A stretch of DNA of 64,000 bases from Actinomycetota bacterium (GTDB taxonomy: Bacteria > Actinomycetota > UBA4738 > HRBIN12). The stretch spans positions 10,194 to 74,193 of the forward strand of contig VAYU01000027.1 of the NCBI GenBank assembly GCA_005884925.1, read 5' to 3'. The notes under the pieces were generated by a model. The model did no database searches. It was not told where the DNA came from and saw only the letters and a program-made list of their open reading frames with translations. Both the position numbers and the translations under genes were made by a program. Below, one piece after another: positions 38,604 to 48,024 of the stretch. Positions within the stretch are counted from its first letter, which is position 1. Each line of letters starts with the position of its first letter.

Positions 38604-39419
38604 ATGGTCGAGTGGCAGAGCTACGGTGACTGGACGGACATCCGCTACGAGACCTCGGACGGGATCGCCAAGATCACGATCGACCGTCCCGAGGTGCGCA
38701 ACGCGTTCCGCCCGCTCACGACCCGCCAGCTGATCTCGGCGTTCGAGCTGGCACGGGACGATCCGGCGATCGGCGTGGTGATCCTCACGGGCTCGGGCAC
38801 GGAGGCGTTCAGCAGCGGCGGTGACCAGAAGATCCGCGGTGACGACGGCTACGTGGACGAGCAGGGGATCGGACGGCTCAACGTGCTCGACCTCCAGATC
38901 CAGATCAGGCGCCTCCCCAAGCCCGTGATCGCCATGGTCGCCGGGTACGCGATCGGGGGCGGCCACGTCCTGCACCTCTGCTGCGATCTGACGATCGCCG
39001 CGGAGAACGCCCGCTTCGGGCAGACCGGCCCGCGGGTCGGTTCGTTCGACGGCGGCTACGGCATCGGGCTCCTGGCTCGCCAGATCGGCGAGAAGCGAGC
39101 GAAGGAGGTCTGGTTCCTCTGCCGGCAGTACGACGCCCAGACGGCGCTGTCGTGGGGGTTGGTGAACGTCGTCGTGCCGCTGGCCGCCCTGGAGGACACG
39201 ACCGTGTCGTGGGCGCGAGAGCTCCTCGAGAAGTCTCCTCTGGCGCTGCGGCTGCTGAAGTCCGGATACAACGCCGGGGTCGACGGGCTCGCGGGCACGC
39301 AGCAGCTCGCCGGTGACGCCACGCTCCTCTACTACATGACCGCCGAGGCCCAGGAAGGCCGGGACGCCTTCACGCAGAAGCGCGACCCGGACTTCTCGAG
39401 GTTCCCGAAACGGCCGTGA
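38604..39419 (+). CDS. menB: 1,4-dihydroxy-2-naphthoyl-CoA synthase
   Basis: Trimmed to ATG 38604 after [33 protein letters not shown]...GGDQKIRGD...[14 protein letters not shown], crotonase fold of MenB type. Confidence 0.92.
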   Translation: MVEWQSYGDWTDIRYETSDGIAKITIDRPEVRNAFRPLTTRQLISAFELARDDPAIGVVILTGSGTEAFSSGGDQKIRGDDGYVDEQGIGRLNVLDLQIQIRRLPKPVIAMVAGYAIGGGHVLHLCCDLTIAAENARFGQTGPRVGSFDGGYGIGLLARQIGEKRAKEVWFLCRQYDAQTALSWGLVNVVVPLAALEDTTVSWARELLEKSPLALRLLKSGYNAGVDGLAGTQQLAGDATLLYYMTAEAQEGRDAFTQKRDPDFSRFPKRP

Positions 39420-40324
39420 GCGCCGGAGCCGGATGGCGGGTGTGGTGGCTCGGGGCCAGGCCTCGGACCCTGGGCGCCGGTCTCGTCCCCGTGGTCGTGG
39501 GCACGGCGGCCGCGGGAGAGGTGATCTGGTGGCGCTTGGTCGCGGCCGCGCTCGTCGCGGCCGGGCTCCAGGTCGGCGTGAACCTCGCGAACGACTACTT
39601 CGACGGCGTGCGGGGGGTCGACACGCACGAGCGCGTCGGACCGGCTCGGCTCACGCAGAGCGGCGCCGCCACCCCTCGCGCGGTGCTCGCCGCGGCGCTG
39701 CTGTCGATCGCGGTGGCCGGGTTCGCGGGGTTGGCGCTCGCGATCGCGACCCGGCCCGTGCTGGTGCTCGTGGTCGGCGGTCTCGGGATCCTCGCCGCGC
39801 TGCTCTACAGCGGCGGACCCCGACCGTACGCCGGGCTGGGGCTCGGCGAGGTGATGGTGTTCGTGTTCTTCGGGCTGGTGGCGACGTGCGGGACCACGTT
39901 CGTGATGATCGAGACGGTCACGGCGGACTCGTGGTGGTGCGCCGCCGTGATGGGGCTGCTCGCGGTCGCCATCTTGGAAGCGAACAACATCCGCGATATC
40001 GGGACGGATGAGGCCGCGGGGAAGCGAACGCTCGCGGTGCGTCTCGGCGAGGACCACGCGCGTGCGCTCTACGGGACGATGGTGGTCGGCGCGTTCGGCA
40101 CGATCGTCGCCGGCGTGCTGGCGCATCTGTTGAACGATGCCGTCGGCCTGACGCAGTGGGGGCTGGTCGGGCTCGCGGCGTGGCCGCTCGCGATCCGGCC
40201 GCTGGAAGCGGCTCGGATCGCGAGCGGCCACGACCTGATCCCGGTGCTCGTCGGGACGGCCAAGCTCCACGCGGCCACCGGCCTGCTCCTGTCGCTCGGC
40301 CTCGTGCTCTCGCACACGGTCTAG
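39416..40324 (+). CDS. menA: 1,4-dihydroxy-2-naphthoate polyprenyltransferase
   Basis: 302 aa UbiA-family polytopic protein, [14 protein letters not shown] and [22 protein letters not shown] motifs; GTGA overlap with menB. Confidence 0.9.
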   Translation: MSAGAGWRVWWLGARPRTLGAGLVPVVVGTAAAGEVIWWRLVAAALVAAGLQVGVNLANDYFDGVRGVDTHERVGPARLTQSGAATPRAVLAAALLSIAVAGFAGLALAIATRPVLVLVVGGLGILAALLYSGGPRPYAGLGLGEVMVFVFFGLVATCGTTFVMIETVTADSWWCAAVMGLLAVAILEANNIRDIGTDEAAGKRTLAVRLGEDHARALYGTMVVGAFGTIVAGVLAHLLNDAVGLTQWGLVGLAAWPLAIRPLEAARIASGHDLIPVLVGTAKLHAATGLLLSLGLVLSHTV

Positions 40325-40326
40325 GC

Positions 40327-42078
40327 ATGGGCCTCGGCGACGTCTCGCTCGCGTGCGCGGCCGCGTTGGTCGACGCGCTCGCGCACCGCGGCGTCCGCCA
40401 CGCGTGCCTCTCGCCCGGCTCACGCTCCACACCGCTCGCGCTCGCTCTCGCCCGCGACGACCGGATCCAGATCCACATGCACCTCGACGAGCGCTCGGCG
40501 GCGTTCTTCGCGCTCGGGATCGCGAAGGCGAGCGCAGCCCCGGTGGCGCTCGCGTGCACCAGCGGGACCGCGGCCGCCGAGTACCTCCCGGCCGTCGTCG
40601 AGGCCTCGCAGTCGCGGACCCCGATCGTGGTGCTCACCGCCGACCGACCGCCGCGCCTCCGCGGGACGGGCGCGAACCAGACGATCGACCAGACCGATCT
40701 CTATGGCCGGTACGCGCGCGCGTACCTCGAGCCCCCGGTGCCGGCGACGGCAGCCGACGCGGCGGCGTGGCATGACACCGGGTTGCGAGCGGTCGCGGCC
40801 GCCGGCGGAACGCCGGTCGGGCCCGTCCACGTGAACTGCCCGTTCGACGAGCCGCTCGTCCCGGTCGGCGAGCGGGTCTCGACCCCGTTGCCACCCGCGG
40901 AGGAAACGGGACCCGAAGCGCGAGGCATCGAAGAAGACGCCGCGCGTGAGTCGCTCGAGGGCTTCCTGGCAACCCACGCCGGCCGTCGCGGCGTGATCGC
41001 GCTCGGACCGCTTCCTCCACCACGAACCCTGTCGTTGCTCTCGCTCGGCGCCCTGCTCGGGTGGCCGGTGCTCGCCGAGCCGCTCAGCGGGTTGCGCCTG
41101 GACGCCGGTCGAGCCGGGCGAGCGCTCGCTGCCGGGCAACTGCTGATCGGGGATCCCGATTGGCTGGAACGCCACCGCCCCGACGTCGTGCTCCAGGCGG
41201 GTGCGGCGCCGACCACGCGCGCGACCCAAGCGCTCGTCGCAGGCTCGTCGCTCGTCGTCCTGGACCGGATGCATCTGGACCCCGACCCGGAGCGCACGGC
41301 CGAGCGACGGATCCTGGCCGACCCGGAGCTGTTCGCGGCCCTCGCCTGGGACGCCCACGCGGAGGATCGACCCGACGCGCCGGACGGGTGGCTGGAGGCG
41401 TGGAGTCGAGCGGACCTGCTCACGCGAGCGGCGGTCGATCGCACGCTCGATCCGTGGATCGAGCCGTTCGAGGGTCGCGTCGCGCGCGATCTGGCGGCGT
41501 TCCTTCCCCACGGCGCGGTCCTCTGCATCGGGTCCTCGAGCCCCGTCCGCGACCTCGACACCTTCATGGCCCCGCGCCGGCCGCCCCGCGTATGGACCAC
41601 GCGCGATCTGCTCCGTGTCCTCGGCAACCGCGGAGCGAGCGGCATCGACGGGTTCGTCTCGACGGCCCTCGGAGTGGCTGTCGCGGATGCCGGCCCGACG
41701 TACGCGTTGATGGGCGACCTGACGTTCCTGCACGACGCCGGTGCACTGCTCTGGTCTGGTGCCGACGACATCGATCTGGTCCTGGTGGTGCTCGCGAACG
41801 GCGGAGGCGAGCTCTTCTCCTTGCTCCCCCAGCGTGACCTCCCCGAGCTCCGCGACCTCTTCGTGACGCCGCACCAGATCGACCTCTCGGCGCTGTGCAT
41901 CGCGGCGGGCGTCGGACACGAGCGCGTCCTGCGCGGCGATGATCTCCTGGCGGCGGTCCAGCGGGCGGCGCGGGCCGGCGGCACCCGTGTCGTCGAGGTC
42001 ACGATCGATCCCGAGCGGGGGCGCGACCGCCGCGCGGAGATCCGCGCGGCGGTCGCGCGCACGCTCTCGGACCGTTAG
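40327..42078 (+). CDS. menD: SEPHCHC synthase (2-succinyl-5-enolpyruvyl-6-hydroxy-3-cyclohexene-1-carboxylate synthase)
   Basis: Trimmed to ATG 40327. ThDP enzyme: ACAAALVDALAHRGVRHACLSPGSRSTPLALAL..., GASGIDGFVSTALG...GDLTFLHD. Confidence 0.9.
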   Translation: MGLGDVSLACAAALVDALAHRGVRHACLSPGSRSTPLALALARDDRIQIHMHLDERSAAFFALGIAKASAAPVALACTSGTAAAEYLPAVVEASQSRTPIVVLTADRPPRLRGTGANQTIDQTDLYGRYARAYLEPPVPATAADAAAWHDTGLRAVAAAGGTPVGPVHVNCPFDEPLVPVGERVSTPLPPAEETGPEARGIEEDAARESLEGFLATHAGRRGVIALGPLPPPRTLSLLSLGALLGWPVLAEPLSGLRLDAGRAGRALAAGQLLIGDPDWLERHRPDVVLQAGAAPTTRATQALVAGSSLVVLDRMHLDPDPERTAERRILADPELFAALAWDAHAEDRPDAPDGWLEAWSRADLLTRAAVDRTLDPWIEPFEGRVARDLAAFLPHGAVLCIGSSSPVRDLDTFMAPRRPPRVWTTRDLLRVLGNRGASGIDGFVSTALGVAVADAGPTYALMGDLTFLHDAGALLWSGADDIDLVLVVLANGGGELFSLLPQRDLPELRDLFVTPHQIDLSALCIAAGVGHERVLRGDDLLAAVQRAARAGGTRVVEVTIDPERGRDRRAEIRAAVARTLSDR

Positions 42079-42079
42079 C

Positions 42080-42559
42080 GTGTGGCCCGTGCGCTGGGTC
42101 ACCCGCGAGCGACCGAAGACCGACCGGATCGCGTGTCCCTGGCTGATCTGCCGGTTCATCGACCCCGACGCCGAGATCCTCTACGTTCACGCCGACGACG
42201 TCCTCGACGTCGCGACACGCGAAGGGGCGCGCTCGTTCGACGCGCCCGGCGCCGAGTTCACCCATCGGGATGGGATGTGCACCTTCGAGGTACTGATCCA
42301 AGACTTCGAGCTGGCATCCGATCCCGTCCTCGTCCGCCTCGCCCGGATCGTGCACGCGGCGGACGTCGCCGAGGACCGCGACTCCGACCCGCTCGGAGCG
42401 GGGCTCGAGGCGATCGGCGCCGGTGGGGTGCTCGCGGAGCCGGATGATCAGCGGTTGCTCGAGAAGGGCACCTTCGTCTACGACGCGCTGTACGCATGGT
42501 GCAGGGCGGACCTCACGCGAACGCAGGTTGACTCGACGCCGCGGCCGGGGCGAAGCTGA
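42080..42559 (+). CDS. ChrB C-terminal-domain (chromate-resistance-like) protein
   Basis: GTG at 42080, 1 nt after the menD stop. WVTRERPKTDRIACPWLICRFIDPDAEILYV...FTHRDGMCTFEVL... resembles the Chrome_Resist domain family (recalled, not searched). Confidence 0.65.
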   Translation: MWPVRWVTRERPKTDRIACPWLICRFIDPDAEILYVHADDVLDVATREGARSFDAPGAEFTHRDGMCTFEVLIQDFELASDPVLVRLARIVHAADVAEDRDSDPLGAGLEAIGAGGVLAEPDDQRLLEKGTFVYDALYAWCRADLTRTQVDSTPRPGRS

Positions 42560-42584
42560 CGAGACCGATCCACGGGAGGGAGCC

Positions 42585-43568
42585 ATGTATCGACGCATCC
42601 TGTCCATCGCGTTCGCTGCGTCGGTGTCGCTGGTCGCGCTTCCGGCTACGACCGCCGACGCGGGTGCGACCGCCGTCCCTGCGCTCAACCATGTCTACCT
42701 GATCGTCGGTGAGAACACCGATCTGTCGCAGATCACCAAGACCCATGCCCCGTTCCAGGTCTCGTGGGTCAAGCCGAACTCCGCATGGCTCACGAACTAC
42801 TGGGGGATCTCGCACTACTCGACGTCGAACTACATCGCCATGACGAGCGGGCAGTTCCTGCGTTGCCACCAGCTGGACGAGAAGCCCGCGACGTGCAATC
42901 AGGACGTCGACAACCTGTTCAACCAGCTCACGGTCAAAGGTGTCTCCTGGCTCGAGTGGAACGAGTCGATGCCGCAGCCCTGCTATCTCCTCAACGCCGG
43001 CAGCAGCAGGACCGGCAACAGCTACCGCCCGAAGCACAACCCTGCCGTCTACTACGCGGACATCGAAGGCGGCAACTTCTCCGGCGCCACCGGGTCGGCG
43101 TTCTGCGGGGACCACGTGATCACGATGGGTGGCACGGGGTTCGATGACACCAGCAGCTTCGACACCGCGCTCGCCAACGGTGACGTCCCGCGCTTCAACT
43201 ACATCGTCCCCAACGAGTGCGAGGACGGTCACGACAACTGCAAGCCCGAGGGCGACCCCATCCGGCAGTTCGACGACTTCCTCGCTCGCGAGATCCCGAA
43301 CATCATGCACGGTCAGGCGTGGGGCACGGGCGACGTGATCTTCGTTGTCTATGACGAGGGACAGGGAGGTGGCCCGAACCAAGCGAAGAACTTCGCGGGC
43401 GGCCACACCGTGCTCGCCGCGATCGGCGACCCGATCGTACCCGGTCTGTACGGCAGCTTCGCGAACCACTACAGCTTGCTGCGGACGCTGGAGGACGCGT
43501 TCGGGATCTCGACGCACCTCGGCGGCGCGGATACGGCCGGGACGCTCGGAAACATCTGGGCGACGTAG
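42585..43568 (+). CDS. secreted phosphoesterase-family protein (acid phosphatase / PLC-like fold)
   Basis: Trimmed to ATG 42585 after GGGAGGGAG. Signal peptide MYRRILSIAFAASVSLVALPATTADA; NHVYLIVGEN..., PKHNP, VPNECEDGHD, FVVYDEG motifs. Confidence 0.75.
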   Translation: MYRRILSIAFAASVSLVALPATTADAGATAVPALNHVYLIVGENTDLSQITKTHAPFQVSWVKPNSAWLTNYWGISHYSTSNYIAMTSGQFLRCHQLDEKPATCNQDVDNLFNQLTVKGVSWLEWNESMPQPCYLLNAGSSRTGNSYRPKHNPAVYYADIEGGNFSGATGSAFCGDHVITMGGTGFDDTSSFDTALANGDVPRFNYIVPNECEDGHDNCKPEGDPIRQFDDFLAREIPNIMHGQAWGTGDVIFVVYDEGQGGGPNQAKNFAGGHTVLAAIGDPIVPGLYGSFANHYSLLRTLEDAFGISTHLGGADTAGTLGNIWAT

Positions 43569-43571
43569 GGG

Positions 43572-46226
43572 TCAGGGGGCGACCGGCGGTTGCACCGTCC
43601 CACCGATCACCTCGTCAGTGGTCTTCACGACGACCCCACCGCTCGCGACCTCGCCCTGGAGCCAGTCGAGGAACGCGGTGAAGTCCGGCACGGTCGTCGA
43701 GTAGGCGTCGCACTGGTCGCACAGGTGGTGGATCAAGAGCTGGACCCATCCGCCTCCGTGCGTCTCCGCCGCGGTGACGTAGCCCTCGACCGTCGCCATC
43801 GTGGTCCCCTGTTTGATGCTCGGCGTCATCCGCAAGCCGTACGCGTCGAGCGGGGGGATCGTCTCAGCGAACGTCTTCGTATCGTCCACGCCGGAGACAC
43901 CTCGCCCGCTGTTGTACCCGCAATCGTGCACGACCAGCTCGGACCCCGCGTCGTACGAACCGTACGGATACGCGAACGACGTTACCGGGAACCCCCATCC
44001 GAGGATCGTGTTCCGATCCGTACACACCTCGTAGCGAGCTTCGGCCGTCTTCAGCTTCTTGATGTTCGCGTGGTCGATCGTATGGCCGGCGATCTCGTTC
44101 CCCGCAGAGAACAAGCTGTGCAGATCCGCGACCGACAGATGTGAGGCGTCGCCGATGAACCCGCTGTTGATGTAGAAGGTCGCCGCCATGTTGCGCGCGC
44201 TCAACAGAGGGAGCGCGTTCAGCTGGTCCGAGTTGCCGTCGTCGAACTGGATGGTCACGACGGTAACCGGACCGCCACCGCCCGGTGTCGGCGGCGGTGT
44301 GCCGTGGATCTGCCACGCGAACGCGAGCGGTGAAGAGGCCGTCAGGTCGATCGCCGGCTCGACGGTCGAGAACGACTCCACGTTGTCCTTGAACCGGGCC
44401 GTCTTCCCGTTGAACGGCGCGAACACGTCGATGCCGTCAGGCGGACACCGACGCATCCCCGTCAGCGAGCCGCTGTAGATCGTGCCGTTCGGGCCCTCCA
44501 CCGCCGCCCCGGCCAGGATCGGCGGGGACCCATCCAGCGTGCCAACGATGTTGGTCACCTGATGCTGCATGCAATGCGGGAACGTGGAGCCGTCGCCGAC
44601 GATGAACGACGAGCCCCAGCCGTTGGCTCCCAGGATGTTGGAGAGCCAACCCATCTCCTGGTTCGCGTACGTGCCCGCGCCGACCAACGTGTCGTACTCA
44701 GCCGCCATCACCGACAGCCCCGCCCCGTGCGAGGTCGTGTCCCAGGTGTCCCATGGGAAACCGAAGCCGAACGGGTCGGTCGCGGCCTGCGCGTCCGCAG
44801 CGTCGAGCTGCTTCTTCAGGTCGGCCAGCAGCGCCGCACGTGTGGTCTCGAGGCCCGCCGGATCTCCGGCCTGCTGAAGCGCCAGCGAGAGGTCGTAGTG
44901 GGCGAGACCCGAGACGTCGTAGAGGTTGAGCGTGTCGGTGGCGTCGTTCGGTCCGGTGATGTACGCGTTCGCCCAATGGGCAGCCTGCGACAGGTAGAAG
45001 GCGGGGTCGGTGTGCACAAGCCCGCTCGGCAGACCACCCGATGCGACCGCGAAGTACAGCTCGGTCGCGCCAAGCTCCAGGTCGTCGCGCCACTCGGTCT
45101 CGGGATAGAAACTGAACGGGATCACCGTGAGGAGCTTCGTCGGCGCCGTGTTCGCCAGGTCGAAGATGTGCTCGGCCGAACGGAGGCAGTCGGTCGCGAG
45201 CGCGGGATCGCTCGTCTTGAAGACCAGGAAGCACTGCGCGAACGCAGCCGCGTCACGGCCCGCGAGGTTCGGGCTCACCGCAGAGCCCGGGGGACCCGCG
45301 CGGAAGACGGGGCGGTTCCGGATGTAGCGGAAGACCGGATCCGCTCCTCCGTACGTGTCGTCGTCCTGCGGGAGTCGCCAGATGTCGTGGTCGCCGCGGG
45401 TCTTGGCGTTCCCGGTGCCGATGCCCACCTGGTAGTACAGCGTTCGGGTCTGGTCGTCCCACATCTTGATCAGCCAGTCGACGCCGAACTTCGCTTCGGC
45501 CGTGAAGTCGGTCGTGCTTCCGACGCCCATCTGGGCGGGCAAGTCACGGATCCCCGCGAGGAGCAGGTCCTCGGTGTAGCTGGAGGTCTGCACGAACTTC
45601 AGGTAGTCGCCGGCGTCCCACCAGCCGCCCGAGGCGTCGATCGGTACGCCGAGCGGGGAGAGATCGCCCTTGAAATGCCCGCTCTGGTTGGCGTGCGGCG
45701 TGAGGTACGTCATCGCGTTCTGATCGTTCAGGTGACCGGGCGCGGTCCGGAGTGCCGACGGGATGTATCCCGCGCCGTCGCGTTCGTTCCCGTAGAACGA
45801 GCGGGCGTTCGTCAGCGAGTGCGAGTAGAGCGCGGAGCCGGTGTCGATCCTGAAGGAAGGTGAGGTGGCCGCGATGGGACCGGGGACGTCGATCGAATAG
45901 GCCCCCGGGGTCGAGAAGGCTGTGAAGTCCAGTGCGTAGACATGGGGATACGCGGTGCTCCACGTCCCGAGGTCAGCGCCGACGGTCCCCGTGAACATGG
46001 GCGACCCGTCCGCGTTGACGCTGAATGTCACGCCGGTCTCGACGTCGCTCGCCATGAGGTATGCCCGCTTCGCCGACGCTGCCGGGTATCCGACCTGGTT
46101 CACGCGCACGAACGCCGTGGCGGTGACCGCGTTGGCTGGGGCGGTCCCCGACGTCGCCCCGGCGAGCAGCATCACCGACGCGAGGCCGAGGACGGATCGG
46201 ATGCGGACGGTGACGCCGGACGCCAT
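43572..46226 (-). CDS. secreted bifunctional glycoside hydrolase family 9 (with N-terminal Ig-like domain) fused to a CE4 NodB-type polysaccharide deacetylase
   Basis: 884 aa. Signal peptide; CelD_N-like VRVNQVGYPAASAKRAYL. GH9 GGWWDAGDYLKF and C-terminal STVEPAIDLTA. After a PPPTPGGGG linker, CE4 motifs IQFDDGN and AGHTIDH. Confidence 0.85.
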   Translation of the reverse strand: MASGVTVRIRSVLGLASVMLLAGATSGTAPANAVTATAFVRVNQVGYPAASAKRAYLMASDVETGVTFSVNADGSPMFTGTVGADLGTWSTAYPHVYALDFTAFSTPGAYSIDVPGPIAATSPSFRIDTGSALYSHSLTNARSFYGNERDGAGYIPSALRTAPGHLNDQNAMTYLTPHANQSGHFKGDLSPLGVPIDASGGWWDAGDYLKFVQTSSYTEDLLLAGIRDLPAQMGVGSTTDFTAEAKFGVDWLIKMWDDQTRTLYYQVGIGTGNAKTRGDHDIWRLPQDDDTYGGADPVFRYIRNRPVFRAGPPGSAVSPNLAGRDAAAFAQCFLVFKTSDPALATDCLRSAEHIFDLANTAPTKLLTVIPFSFYPETEWRDDLELGATELYFAVASGGLPSGLVHTDPAFYLSQAAHWANAYITGPNDATDTLNLYDVSGLAHYDLSLALQQAGDPAGLETTRAALLADLKKQLDAADAQAATDPFGFGFPWDTWDTTSHGAGLSVMAAEYDTLVGAGTYANQEMGWLSNILGANGWGSSFIVGDGSTFPHCMQHQVTNIVGTLDGSPPILAGAAVEGPNGTIYSGSLTGMRRCPPDGIDVFAPFNGKTARFKDNVESFSTVEPAIDLTASSPLAFAWQIHGTPPPTPGGGGPVTVVTIQFDDGNSDQLNALPLLSARNMAATFYINSGFIGDASHLSVADLHSLFSAGNEIAGHTIDHANIKKLKTAEARYEVCTDRNTILGWGFPVTSFAYPYGSYDAGSELVVHDCGYNSGRGVSGVDDTKTFAETIPPLDAYGLRMTPSIKQGTTMATVEGYVTAAETHGGGWVQLLIHHLCDQCDAYSTTVPDFTAFLDWLQGEVASGGVVVKTTDEVIGGTVQPPVAP

Positions 46227-46277
46227 GTGGAGCCCCCCTCCCGTTCGCCAGCCGTATACGAGGTTCGGCTTGAACGA

Positions 46278-46292
46278 TAGGAAACTTTCCTA
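46278..46292. promoter_or_regulatory. AT-rich perfect palindrome TAGGAAA-C-TTTCCTA 52 nt upstream of the GH9-CE4 start
   Basis: Read directly. Conspicuous in roughly 70% G+C DNA; lies in the 222-nt gap between the MerR gene and the GH9-CE4 gene. Confidence 0.4.
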
Positions 46293-46448
46293 ACCGATGC
46301 GATGGATGCTATGCCGGACGTCTTCGACAGGTCAACCGGGCGAACGGGAGGGACGAGCGAGATCCGTTGTCACCCCGAAGGAACGGAGGTGACGCTCTCC
46401 GCCTCTGGGGAAGGCGTCGACAGGCTCAGCTGCTCGGCGCAGACCCGA

Positions 46449-46883
46449 CTATCCCTGCTCGCCGTGACGCTCGTGGGGCGGCTTCGCCTCCGGGTGTCCA
46501 ACATCTCGTTCGTGAGGAGGCCGTGGCATCGGATCGGGGAAGTGATCCTCGTCCGTTCCGGTCACCTCCCGGAAGGCCTTCCTCGCGTAGAGAAGCCGGA
46601 GAGCCACCTCCTCGAGAGTGGTTTCGTCACCTTCCGCTCCGCGGACCTCGCGCTCAGCGATCGCGCGGAGGGCCCGGATCCCGTCGATCCCGACGCCGGC
46701 ATCGAGGAGGCGCTTCACGTGTCGTGCGATCGCGTGATCCCTTGGCGAGTAGCGGAGTCGGCCGTGCTCGCGTGAGGGGCTGATCAGACCCTGTTCCTCC
46801 CAGTAGCGGGCCACCCTCGGCGTGACGTCGACTTCCTCGGCGAGCCGAGGTATCGCGGTGAGCTCCTCATCCTTATCTGACAT
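46449..46883 (-). CDS. MerR-family transcriptional regulator
   Basis: Trimmed to ATG 46881-46883. MSDKDEELTAIPRLAEEVDVTPRVARYWEEQGLISPSREHGRLRYSPRDHAIARHVKRL HTH. Confidence 0.8.
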   Translation of the reverse strand: MSDKDEELTAIPRLAEEVDVTPRVARYWEEQGLISPSREHGRLRYSPRDHAIARHVKRLLDAGVGIDGIRALRAIAEREVRGAEGDETTLEEVALRLLYARKAFREVTGTDEDHFPDPMPRPPHERDVGHPEAKPPHERHGEQG

Positions 46884-46951
46884 ATCTGTGTAACATCCTG
46901 TCGACGGTAGACCACCGAAGCCTAGCCCCAGCACACACCAGGAGGCAAAGG

Positions 46952-47971
46952 ATGGGATCTCCATGTGCCGAACACCGACGGAAGCACGACGAGACCGTGT
47001 CACGTCCGGATCGGGTCGGCATCGCGATCAGGCTGGTCGCCATGGGCGCGCTTCTCGTGGCCCTCGCCGTTCGCGGCCTACCACCGGTGGTCGGTTCGTT
47101 GAACGAGACCTGGGAGGCCTTCGCCCTGGTTGGCGCGGTGATCGTCGCGGGATGGGCGGGGGTTCGATCTGGGGTGTTCGACAGGCTTGGCAGGCGCGTG
47201 GCGCCCTCGGCAGCCTCACGGGTCCTCGCTGGGGTTGCGATCCTGCTCTGGGTCTTCGTCCTTTCGGGGCTCACGAACCTCGACGTGGCGGTCGTCGCCG
47301 CGACACCTCTCGCCCTCGTGATCGCGGCGGAACGAGGCCTCGATGGAGGCCTTGTGGCACTCGGGGTCGCGCAGGTCGCCCACGCGGGATCGATCCTGCT
47401 GCCGACCGCCAACCTCACAACCCTCCTCGTCCTCGGCCCGGCGGCCCGCAGCGACGTCTCGTACCTTCGACAGGCGTGGCTCGCGTGGTTGCTCGTCGGC
47501 GTGGTGACGCTTGCGGTCCTCGGCCCGCTCGCGAGCCGCCGAGGCCGGAGCCCGACAACGGTGCGGACCGATTGGTCGCTCACTCGGATCGGCCTCGATC
47601 TCGCAGGGATGTTCGTACTCGCATCCTCGCTGCGGGCGCTTGTGCCGAACGGGATCGGCTTCGGAACTGGGTACTGGTCGGCGGCCGTCGGCACCTCGAC
47701 GCTCGCTGCCGCCGTGAACAACCTCCCTGCCGCGGCGGCTGTTCACGTGACGAGCCGGGCGGCCGCCTGGGGGGCAGTGGCCGGACTCGCCATGGGTCCG
47801 AACCTCCTGCTGACTGGGTCAGTCGCGTCGGTGATCGTGAGGCGTATGGCTCGGGAAGGGGACGTTCAGATGAACCTGCGAACCTTCACGCTCGTAGGTT
47901 TCGGGCTCGTGCCCGCGCAGCTCGCGGCGGCCTTCGTCGGACTCCGGGTCGTCGGAGCCCTCCGAGGCTAG
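46952..47971 (+). CDS. polytopic permease, ArsB/NhaD-superfamily-like (short form)
   Basis: 339 aa, multiple TM segments. SGLTNLDVAVVAATPLAL and AAAVNNLPAAAAV resemble conserved ArsB/P-permease loops. Start uncertain. Confidence 0.5.
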   Translation: MGSPCAEHRRKHDETVSRPDRVGIAIRLVAMGALLVALAVRGLPPVVGSLNETWEAFALVGAVIVAGWAGVRSGVFDRLGRRVAPSAASRVLAGVAILLWVFVLSGLTNLDVAVVAATPLALVIAAERGLDGGLVALGVAQVAHAGSILLPTANLTTLLVLGPAARSDVSYLRQAWLAWLLVGVVTLAVLGPLASRRGRSPTTVRTDWSLTRIGLDLAGMFVLASSLRALVPNGIGFGTGYWSAAVGTSTLAAAVNNLPAAAAVHVTSRAAAWGAVAGLAMGPNLLLTGSVASVIVRRMAREGDVQMNLRTFTLVGFGLVPAQLAAAFVGLRVVGALRG

Positions 47972-48024
47972 TTCCGTTCTTCTCCCTTCGCGCCGACCGA
48001 CGAACGAGCTCCCGTCGAGGCGGT

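Noticed and set aside
39332-42159. 366-aa, 239-aa and 579-aa minus-strand ORFs opposite menA and menD
   Set aside because: Antisense to conserved men genes; Arg-rich products without domains.
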